Shown piece after piece: positions 30,501 to 42,500 of a stretch of DNA of 64,000 nt. Source of the DNA: Tubiluchus corallicola (Eukaryota; Animalia; Priapulida); the NCBI GenBank assembly GCA_030141605.1, contig JAQGDQ010000148.1, positions 432,639-496,638 on the forward strand, given 5' to 3'. The position numbers and the translations under genes were made by a program. The notes under the pieces were generated by a model. The model saw only the letters and a program-made list of their open reading frames with translations, did no database searches and was not told the DNA's origin. Every line of letters begins with the position of its first letter. The stretch's first letter is position 1.

Positions 30501-33500
30501 AACCAGAATTAAACAAGAACAATCAGTATTCTATACAGGGGAAAGGAGAGGAGCATTCTCTGGAAGCACAAGGTTAGCCTAATTGCTTATGACTTTTGTT
30601 TTGAATCTGATTGCATTTATTGAATTTATGAGGAAAGATTTCAGTGTTAATAATTTCAGCTATTTTATAACATATTTTATAACAACTGCTATCACTTCTG
30701 AATTTTACCCTTTTTGCTCTGTGTTTTTACAGATGTCTTCATAACAAAGCCATCAGTGCCTATCTGTACATTCTGATTTTTTATTAAGTTGCAACAGAGT
30801 ATTTTTGTGATTTATTAAGTTGCAATTTTTATCCATCATCACTGGGTCACCACGAAATGGTCACTTGATGGTTCTTGTCTTTGTAATAAAACATTGGCTT
30901 TTTCATCAGAAAATTTGAAGTGTGAATCTAGAAAGAATGCTAAAAAAGGCTGTTAAAATAATCGAGCAGTACAGTGATTATTTTAATATGTGAACGGCTA
31001 CAAGCCAAAGTAAAATCTCAAATAGTTTAGGAAAGTCAGTGTTGTGAGATTTTTAAGAGGAGATACTATATGTAAACAAAAACAAATGTTTAATTATTCT
31101 TTTTTGAAGATGTTCATTGACAATCTGAATTTTTTGTTAATGTTTTTCTACATTTAATGTTCCTGACTGAAAATGCACTTTACACTTAACAAGTAAATAT
31201 CCCAGATAACAGAAATATCTGAAGTATTAAGCTAGAAGTCTATAATTATTACGCTTAAGGTTGACCATAAAAATATTCTTGTTTATGCATTTTAACAGAT
31301 ATTATGAGCAAGCTAGCAGCCAGCATTCCAACCTTGGAGGGGACAATCAGTGAAGTGGAGAAGCCTTTTGTGTACGAACAGGCACCACACGTTATTGAAG
31401 TAATGCTTCCTATGCTGTGCAGGTGAGATTTCTGATGGACTAATCATAACAATTATAGAAAAATTTCAAAGTCTAAAATTTAAGTCAATGGAAACTCAAT
31501 TTGCTGCTGTGCTACACAAAGCACCTTTTTTAAATGTTTGTTATAACTTGTGCCTTTCCTTTTTTCTGTGCCTCATCCCCCTTTTCAACTGTGCAATGGT
31601 GCATCTGCATAAGGTTACTGGGTCAAGAAAGCTTCATTCTTGAGACTGATCAGCTTTCTATTTATCAGTTTATTACAAAGGAAATGGGAAAAATGATTTT
31701 AAGCTTAATATAAAGATTTTTTACCCCAAGGAGCTACTATAGAATATGTCTGTAAAGATATCTCAGTTACACTGAGTTTAGAAATTTATGAATTTTTATG
31801 TTGTAGCAGTTTGAAATCAAATATTTTTATACAGTTTTTGTGCAAACAGCTTTTGAGACAACTCACATTTGCATTTAATAAAAACATCTATAGCAACCAT
31901 TACTACATAGTGCTTCAAGAAGCTTTAATGAATAGGTAGTAACATATTTATTATGTAACCAAATTGCCAAACTGCAAATGGCTTATGCGGTCCTCAAGAA
32001 ATAATTACTTGTTATGAGCACCCCAAGTTTAGCATCCACCATAGGCATCACCATAGGCAATATTTTCTAGTAATGGCATTATTAATACTGTCAGTAAATG
32101 AAATGAAAATAGTAATGGAAAGCAATATAATCGTACCCTTTATAGTGTTAATAGTGTAAGACAAATGCTTTTCAATTTCTCTTTACAACAAACAGATGCG
32201 TTACATCAAAATTGAATGACATTATCAAAGGAGAAAACTGCTGCAACAACGAATATTAATGATTTTAGTGACAATAATAAACTCATTGTTAGAACCTTTT
32301 TGACGAGTGACACCTTAAATATATAATCACTCACCATTGTAAGAAGTTGAAAATCATGATTTTTAAGGTATATGAGGCTACTGAAGTTTTTTACAGTTCT
32401 TCTTTTCGTATTTTTGTAGTTATTTGGCCCATTGGTGGTCAGAAGGACCAGATAATACAAGTCTCATGCAAGGTGGTCATGTTACCATGGTAACAAGCGA
32501 ACATCTGAACACAGTGCTGAGCAATGTGCTGGCAATTATAAAGGGTCATACTGGACAGACAGAAGCTCCTTGGATGACAGGAATTGCAGGTGATTTGCCA
32601 TTGATTCCCAACGTGTTTTAACTCGTAATGCTGATATATAGCCGTCTAATAAAAGCTTATAAACGATTCAAAGAAAATGAGGTCATAATGCTGGTTGCTT
32701 CAAGCGGTAATCCACATTTCTCTTTTTAATGTGTTTAATAAAGCTTTATTTATGGAAGACTTGCTTTTTTACAGTGTCATTATTATTGCTATTGTTACCA
32801 TCACTGCAATTACCATTGTTACAAATATCATGATTGTTATCATCATCTTATCATTATAATCATTGAATCATCATTAATCTCATTGCCACTGTTATCATCG
32901 TCATCATCTCTGTTATGTTAAGCATCATCATCATCCTTGACATCGTTATCATTGTCATCGTCATGATCATAATTACAGCCATCATTATCACATGTAGCTA
33001 TGAGCTAGTATTATCTAAAAGTACCAAATATTTTTAGCTTGTTCACTTGGCATCGTATCGAATTCCACAGCTGATTTGTTGAATGAGTATCTAGTGCCTA
33101 TAGCACTGCTTCTGCGAGACAGTGCTGAACGCGTGTACAAAGATGAAGAAAATATGAAGATGGGACGGGCCGCTCATGAAGATGTCACAGAAGCAGAGGA
33201 AGAGCTACAAGCTGTGAGTAATCGGTTAACTCTGTAAAAACATTTTTATTTGTATCATTATTTTTACAAACAGTAAAAATTCTTATTGAATCGAACAATA
33301 AGCGCTTCATAAGAAACACTAATTTGCACTTTTATATACAAGTGAAGTTGTGTTCTAGATTAGAAGTTACTATAGTTTAAGAAAAAGTTCTTTAGGCACG
33401 AACTTTTGAAACAATTCTGTACTATGAGAGATACAGATAATAATGTTAATATATTAAATTTTATTTGATGTGTTTTCAATAATTCACACTTGTTAGTTTA

Positions 33501-36500
33501 TTACATTCTTATTTAAGAATGTTTAAGCAAAAAAACAGAAGCTACACACGCAAAATCATTATTTATAATGAAATTAATTACATTAATACTATAACATTTA
33601 AAAGCAAAAAAAGACCAAAAGCCAAGACCAAAGGGATTCATTTTGAGGTCAAAACTACTTTTGAGTATCATGCCTCTTTTCCGAATGAAGTGCATATTAA
33701 TTTGTAATTATATAGAAATAAATTAAAATTTGTATAAATTGGCAATATGGTTGTTTCTTAAAGGAAAGTATGATGATTTTTCATCTGGTGCCGTATTCTG
33801 AAATCCAGTAAAAGTATACATTTTAACATTTATAATAATGCTAAAGGATTTCTGATAATTAAATAATAACTTAAGAACTTAATGGCCAGAGTGCACAATG
33901 TTGATGACATCAGAAGCAAGCATAATTTTGTAGCACGCAAACATTTCACAAATATGTAGCACGTGTGTGCAAAAACGAAATTGAAATACAGAGCTACTGT
34001 TCAGCATCGACAGTGTTACACGAAAACTCTGCAAATTTATGTCGACAAATTTAAATTTCAAGTTTATTATCGTGCCATCACGAGATTTCATAACAAGTCA
34101 GAACTGAATTGAGAGGAACAATGCCTGATTTTGTGCAACGCGCTTCTGTGCAGGCGCCGTGTCCATTTAACTGTAACATGGATGTAACAGGCACAAACCT
34201 GTAATTAAACTTCCGTGGTTATAAATCTTTCATCTAAGTAACTCTTAAAAAAACAATTTTGTTCTCTTTCATTATTTTATACATTAGACTATTTTGAGCT
34301 GTACTTTAATAAAATTGGGTCCTGTTCCCCTTTAAGTTTCACTTTACCATTCAACATATTACTTTTACAAATCATCTATGCATTTATCTATTTTAATTCT
34401 GTTTGCTTATGAAGTATCACAGTCTATCAACTTTTGATGTCATAAATGTTTTCAGGACTACCAGGTGCTGGTGCGTGATCTGTATGCTTTCTACCCGCTG
34501 CTGATAAAATATGTAGACTTGCACAGGTAACCTAAACTCAATTCTTAATAATTCATAATGTGGCTTTTATTTTTTTAAATTATAATTTAATTTGTTTGTT
34601 TTTCATTAAATTTGCATTTTTTGTTTCAATAGCCATTTGTTGTTTTTGCAGATCTCACTGGTTGAAACATCCACGGATTGAAGCAGTGGAATTGTTTACT
34701 CATGTAGCAGAGGTATTCACCTACTGGCATCAGTCTCAGGTAATCTGAAAAATAAATAATATCTAGATTGTAGAACTGTTGTTGCTATCTTATTTCTTAG
34801 TAGTGTTTAATTTTATTGCATCTTAAGCATGTTTTTAAGAGCTGATTTTTGTTCTAAATAAAAATAGGCTACTACACGAACCACTTTATTAATTCATTTA
34901 TTAAGCTGTATAATCACACATTCGTTTCTTTGTTGCAAAGTATGTGTATTTACTAATGTAGTGTTTGTCCTTAGCGATTTGTTATTGGCAGTGATAAGAA
35001 AAGAATGATTTTTTGATTCTACTTTGCTTTGCATTAGAATTTTAAACGTGAAGAACAGAAGTTTGTGTCGTCTAACGAAATCAACAACATGGCTTTAATT
35101 ATGCCAACTAGCTCACAAGAGGGCTCCGCGGTATCTTCCACTACCAGCACCAGTGAAAGTTTTCATCGCAAGAAGAAACGGTAAGCACTTACAACTTTTT
35201 TTCTGAAGAAGTTCGCCTTCTAAGGACTGCTTTTAGTCAAAATGTGTTGTAATTTCCTTAAAGAACAACCTTATCCCACTGTATCTTTTTATCTCACTGT
35301 ATCTCATTGTAATAAAACTTGTTCCATTTTCACCCCAGTTTGATACGCTCTAAATATTTTCGCAAATACTTTTTATATTCACAAGTTAGCACAGTACAAA
35401 CCAGAAACCTGCACTCAGCAGGCCTACGTAATATAGTTTATTGTGATGAGCCTAAATCCTAGCTTAATATCAAGGACATTCTTCTAAAGTCAGACTCCGA
35501 ATTGGCAGAATCACCTTAGTCATGTCTGTGTATCTTTCTTCAGCCAGGTTTTGCGAATAGCGTGGACTAGTGTTTCAGATGAAAAACCACCCAGAGCCAA
35601 TTTGCTTGATGTCGCCATCCATTTACTGACCAGGCCGTGAGCAGTAGTGAAACTTTGAAGTTGTTGATTTCACTTTTTATTGATGTTGTTTATGCATTAT
35701 TTACAGAATGAACAAGGATCCTAGCCAGAGCTTAAACGTGGCTTGCTTGAAGCGAATGCTTCCTATAGGACTGACGTTGTTTGGCGGTCGGGAACAAGAA
35801 CTGGTCCAACATGCCAAGCAAAAATTACTTGATGTAAATTACTATTATTTTTGTTTTATACTTCATGTGAAGTATCATGTATCTATACTAGAATTAAAGA
35901 TGTTGAATTGTAAGTCTAAGTGTCGTTATATAGCAGTGAATCCAGACACTAATAGTGTTCACATTTTTTCCATCCGTATTTTGTGTTACAGTTATAATTG
36001 CAATATGTTACATGATAGTTTTAACTCAGCCCTTTGCTATGATGTTGTCATGTTATTCTTGCAGCACGAGAATGAAGAGTTGGTGGAAGAATATGTCAGG
36101 ACATCTTTGCTAGATTCCACAACTATGGTAATTAAAATTTTATTCTTGCTCTTCAGTATTATTAAAACCACTTGTAAAGAAAGAAGTGATAATGTCTGTG
36201 TTGAGTCAAATGTGTGACAAATAGATGCACTTTTTTATCAAGTTTTGCACACTGCAGACTGGTGTCCAGCACCAGACATCATTCTCATGTATCATGTTAA
36301 TGGCTGTGGTGGGATTGAAATTTAGCTCATTGTCAAAAACAATTCTCTGAATTGAGGCAGCAGCATAATAAATCTACGTGTAAATCCTCCCTCTGTGAAG
36401 GAAACATTGAAACAAATACAGCAAGTGAACCTGTTGCCCGGAAGCAGTTCTTCTGATTACACACATCTGTATATCACCCACTGATTAATGTGTGTAGCAT

Positions 36501-39500
36501 ACCAAACACCATGACCACTCTGCTGTTCCTTGCTCCTTGACAACTTATACTTGATCGTTTAGACAGTGAGGCAGTTACTCAAACAAATGGTATTGTTTTT
36601 GTGGATGTATTGCATATAATGTTTAGTTTTAACTTGTTTCTAGTGTTAGCAAACTTGTATTATCATTGTGTAAGTTCTGTCATGTGTCTACTCTGTTATG
36701 ACACCATCATATAAGGTATGGTTTCTCCAGTGTGTAATTTGCCAGCATTTTTCATTAACTAAGCTAATTTCAATTTGACATACAGGTGAGTTGGGCTTAA
36801 TATCAGACTGCAACACTACATTTCTGCTCTGTGAATATTTTATTTGACTGTTTATTTGCAGGCTGATCCTTATGATAAAAATAACTGGCAGAGAGTTCTA
36901 TATAATAAGATTGGTAGCAAGAACGTTGTTGGGCTTGAAGATCTTCCCCGTGACGTCAACAGTACCATATCAAAAATCATGTTTACTTCTAAAACTCTTG
37001 AGATCTTGCACATTGTGAGTACAATAAAGCACATCTCATTTAATAGTTTTAAAATATTAATGAGTAAAATTATTAGTTTTGGTTTACAAACACCCAAAAA
37101 CCTTTGCCAAAAGCATAAAGTCAAAACTAACGAACATCAGGCCTATTTTTTAGTATGCATTTATTTATGATATTATTTTGAAGTTTTCATTTTTATATGA
37201 ATAATTTCTTTACCTGATTTAATTCATTGAGTAAGATTGTAAGCCAAGTGACAAGTATTGTTTTGTTTTAGTAATATGTGCTTAGATTCTTTTTGTGGCC
37301 AAAGTGTATTGCATTCACGCCATTAAGAATGTTTAAAAGGTAAAATATAATTTTTTAATGCTGAAAAGAAACCCGACGTATCCCAAGTTGTGGTAGATTT
37401 TAACAATTTTTCTTGATTTTTTTTTGTTAGTATAAAATTTTGTCTGATTGTGCATGCAGTGTCATAAATGTGTCACCTAGCTTTATATAACCATTACACT
37501 GAGTAACGTTATTAATTGTTGTTATTTGTCATTCCTAGTGCTATTGCCAGTTGACAGAAAAGCATAGTGGAATCATAACTGTCTTAATTTTGTGTTGTAG
37601 TGGGACTCCACCTTTACTAAAATATTTTTATGCAACAGTCTGCTATAAGTATATGGACATGGCATAGAAATAATTAAGTCACTCAATGTGGGGATTTCCT
37701 AATCACTTATTTGTCACAGACTTTGCAATTAATTTAGTATTTTTGATAGAGCACATAAATATCCAGGTGTAATTTAGTTGAGTTGAAAAGGTGGATTAGA
37801 CTTGGTGAAGGTTTCTGAGGCTTATTGCATGACACACTACTTAACTACATTTGCTCGTCATTTTTTTGGTCAGGCATAAATTGACATGTGAAGGCCAGCA
37901 CATTTTCAATAAATACTTTATAAATGCATAAAACTATTACTGTTGCAAATAGATAGCATCTATATAACTATTACATTATTTTAAGAAATGGCTTAGCTCA
38001 AAAATAGTTTGTAGGATTGTGTAATATTTGACTTTATGCGCTGACTGTAATAATATTTCATGTCCAAAGTCTTTTTTGCATGTTATTGTGTTTGTGCATG
38101 TCAGAAAAGTATTGTTATTTAACTGTCATATCTTTTGTCAGCACATTCACCTTACAACTCTTTTTTCGTGGCATAACGTGTCTGCCTAAAACTGAACACA
38201 TATCTTTGCTAATTTCACAAGGCATTATATCTCTGCAAATCTGTTGCACGTAGGTTTGCATCACCTGAATGTTTCATTCGTTTCTATGAGAGAAGTGTTA
38301 CTAACATTAGCTATTAATAACTTTTTTTGTGCACTCTATAAATAAAATTGATTAACCACTAATCAGTTAATTATAACTATTGTTTATATACAAGTTAATA
38401 TTTTGCAGTATTGCAGTACTGATTTGCTGCTGTTTGTGCCATTTAACAAGTCATTTCAAGTTAAACTTTTACAGCTTAAGCCTAATGCTTCATTTGTTGT
38501 AGTTTATCATAATTTTAACTGTCATAATTATCATGGTTTATTTGTTAGTGTTGTTAGTAGCATCATAACAAATGTAGTTCCGTGATTCGTCTATAGGTGG
38601 AGCACCCTCACTCACTAGGAACTAGTGCTTGGCGTCGGATCATCACCACGCAGCGTAAGCGTGCCGTAGTAGCTTGTTTCCGTATGATGTCTCTACACAG
38701 TTTGCCCAGGTAATCATCGCGTTTATTATATGTGCAGGTACAAACAGCGCACCTCACGACTCATGCCTCCGCGTGGCTGCGGATAGTCTCCATACAGAAA
38801 AGACGCAAAGTACTGGAATGTCTAAAGTTTTCCGTACAGTTACACAATTTACCAAGGTAACCCCTCGAGCACACGTCTGTCTCTTACACACACTAGAAGT
38901 TTTTCCCAACATTACGCACCATGGACGGATACTATTATGCTGTCAATTGGTGCAGTCGTGTGGGGAGAATTTCGCTTAACCACTTGATGCAATATCTAAT
39001 AATATTTTGGCTCCGTGCACCTTGCTGCTATTCATACATAAGTCACAGTACAAAAATAGCTTACACTAACATTTAAACAAATATATCCTCTCTTACTGTG
39101 CTTTTAGAAATTGCAAAGCTAATTAATTTTACTTGCATGATTACAGAAGTGTAAACTGAGCTCTTCTTGGCCACATATGATTGATCAATATTTTATTTTT
39201 CGCTTACAGTATCCAGTTGCTGCTTTATTATCAGAAATTCCTTGGGAAAACATTTGGTTGACTGGCATGTAGTATTTGTTTCCTCGAAATCCCTATGCTG
39301 GTTTTTCCCTTGTCTGTTGTTGGTGCCCTTTGTGTAAAATAAATTTTTGTGTCGTTTTTACTTCGCAAGTTCGTAGTTTTTGTCTCAAATTTACTTCTGT
39401 GTTCATCTTTGCTTCAGCAGAATGGCAATTTGTGGTACAGTACTTAAAATTGGACCTTGTGTTACTAAGAATGTTACGTTACTGTTTGAAAAGTTGGTGT

Positions 39501-42500
39501 ACTTCTCTTTTGTTCCCTCCCTCATCCAAGTGATTTATACTGATGCTTATTTCTGTATTTGGAGTGGATTGAAGTGTTAATATCTATGACTTGTAATTTT
39601 ACTATTTTTGCTTTACGTGGTTGACATCATTGTCGTTTTTCTTTTGATTCTACTATGTTTTGGTTTGAATGCATAGTAAAATTTGATTATATATTGAAAT
39701 TGGTTCAGTTTTTCTGAAATATGTACTCTGATCTTCTCTACCATGAAAACAGCTGGAAAAAGTTGTTGTTATGTTTGTTGAAATGAGTTTCAACTGCTTC
39801 GGTGACTAAGATTCTAAACAGCATGAAATCTTAGCAATAGCAACTGTGATTTGCTTGTTACACTTTCTTACCATCAAAGTTTTCTGGGATGTACTGGGAC
39901 GTTTTCTTTACAAATCTACTTGTACTTGTTTTAGCCTACACAAGCTGCTAGCCATTCTTATGTTATAGTTAAAATATGAGGTATACAGTAATGTGACTTG
40001 TGATATTTTTCTTGCATTTATGTCTGTTGCACAACAATTTGGGAATGTCAGCATGGTTCATTGTTAGTTGACTGGATCTTGGACTTTCGACCACTTTAAA
40101 CATGTGGAACTATTCTAATGGTCCGTTTTTCTTAACACTAATATTTCTGGAAAAAAAAAAATTGAAAAAATTTTAGATGTTACAAATGGCAAAATATTTT
40201 GAAAAATGTTTTATTTACCATGTCTCACGTTTCATTAGCCTAGTCGTAGATGAATCCCATTGTAAAATGGAACCATTCGACTTTGACATTTTTTCATTTA
40301 ACTACATTGAGGAACAGAAGTGTGCGTGTAGGGTCTACCTAGGTTGATAATGTCTTTCTGTGCCCAGTAGTAAAAAAGAGCTCATTGCTAATGAAATTTT
40401 ATGCTTTCTTCTACGTAACTTTTTAGTATAGACCAGTCTAGGTTTAACTTTACAGTACAAATTATTAGGTACTTGTATCAACTAAACTAGTCTATGTTTT
40501 GCATAGGTTGTATACATTTTTCTGTGCATTTGTGTAGTGATAAATGCTAGTACTTTTGCAAAACACATAAAGTAGCAGATATGGCTAAGGCAATTTGTGT
40601 AAATAATAGGCTAAGATGGTCAAAGGCACGTTGTAACTTTGTTTAATATGAGTGAGTTATTATTGACTTGTTTGATGTGCTAGACTAGTTGAATGTATGG
40701 TTAAACTGGTCACAAAAATTTAGGCTTTCAGTAATAATCAGATGCACTGTCTTTTAACTTTTGTCATGGAAGTTCATAAATGCCAAAATGAAATACTGTT
40801 TTTTTTTACATTTGGCTAAAATTGTAAACAAATCCGGATTGCTCCTTGAAACAATTCATGTTTTGCATAGATAAACACTACTTGCTGTTTTTTTTGAAAA
40901 ATTCAATTAAAAATTGAAGTGATACAACTTGTTTAGAACAATATTGCAGGGTAAATGGTGATTGGCTTTTTGTTTCCAATTAGTGCATTTCATTTCATCC
41001 TTGTTTTGTGAAGGACCATATTTAAAATAGAATTGAGTTTGCCACCCTCAAATTCTATTCAGCGTCATACACATACGCAAATAGCCAACAGGTAATATGG
41101 AAAAAAGAATTTCCTATGTGATATTTTGCTTTAGCATTATAAACAGAATTTTTTTTAAAAACTGTGGTACTGCCTATTTCAAACTGGGGTCATTTTAAAC
41201 TAACATTTTTATGTTGGCTGGCTCAGGCATCGTTCTATGAACCTGTTTCTTCAAGCATACATGGAGAAATGGTTAACTGCAGATGCAACGGGACAGGAAT
41301 CGCTTGTTGAAGACATTACTGTAAGTATTTTCTTTACATCAAGCACTACAGGATAAGCATAGTATTATTATAATATTACAGGATAGTTTACTTTCACTGT
41401 TACGTACAGGACTACACCTCCATTTGTTCTCATGTAACTATAGGTCATTATAAGTCACTATGTGATCTCTAACATATTGCCTTGTTTAACACAAGTTGTA
41501 CTCATATATAAACATACTAGTGAAATTAATATTTTGATCGCTAGTCTTTATAGCCTCTGTTTGGTGAAAGTGAACTGATCGTTGTTGTTGTTGTTACTGT
41601 AACTTTTGTCTTTTGTGGGTGTATCTTCATCATGACATCTTGTCTTGTGTGACTATTTAATTTCTCTGTTGTGTCTGTATCGTTTTTTCTGTATTGTGTA
41701 TATAGTTATTTGAAGCTTTAAGGGTATGCAGTGTGCATCATTAGTTTACATTCATGTCATGTTTTGTAACGTTAATTGAATGTCACTGTTATCATCTCGT
41801 TGCCACTTATAACTCCATAGTGACTTGGAGTTATAATTCCATAACTTTTAATTATCACCTATGTTAATGTTTGTTCTTTATTTTGTTTTCATGAAAAAGC
41901 ACTTTTTTAATTAAATTTCTTCTTGCATTTTAAACCTGACGTTTGCAGACTTTGCCGGTGCTGGAAAAGAAGGAGAAGGATGAAGAAGAAGAACGACCCG
42001 ATCCACTCAATCAATTAGTGACTGCTTTCAGTCGACATGCGACCACCGAACAGAATGCACTATCTGATGACTTCTTGTACATGGCTTTTACTGAGCTCAT
42101 GAGCAAGGTTTATGATTCTTAATTTTCATTTGGTTTAGCTTTTCAAAGAAAACAGTGAATTTACATTGTAATTGGACTTTTAATCTTTGCACTTATCTGT
42201 CAGCAATTAACCATTTAGTTATAGCATACCTGAAGGGTAATTAATTCACATATTAAATTGTTTTACATTTGATATTGAATGCAGTACCAACAGCCCAAAA
42301 CCAAAAGTTTAACTACATTTCAGTTTGATATTTTGTATTTGTTTACAAATGTCCTGGTCCATATAACTGAAATAACCGCATGAAAACCTGATAAGATTGG
42401 CTAGTAACATAAGATAGTCAGGTATCAATTTGTACAGACTGGTTACGAAAACTTAACTTGTTTGTTTATTTTACTTTAGAGTTGTAGTGGCGAAGAGGAT

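Noticed and set aside
39210-39492. Further acceptor-like sites (39209, 39420) downstream of CaMBD exon B
   Set aside because: One runs into stops in the relevant phases; the other needs a weak donor and has no RyR-like sequence.
40937-40950. 14-nt phase 0-2 segment with agg|gtaaat donor
   Set aside because: Poor pyrimidine tract; likely chance.
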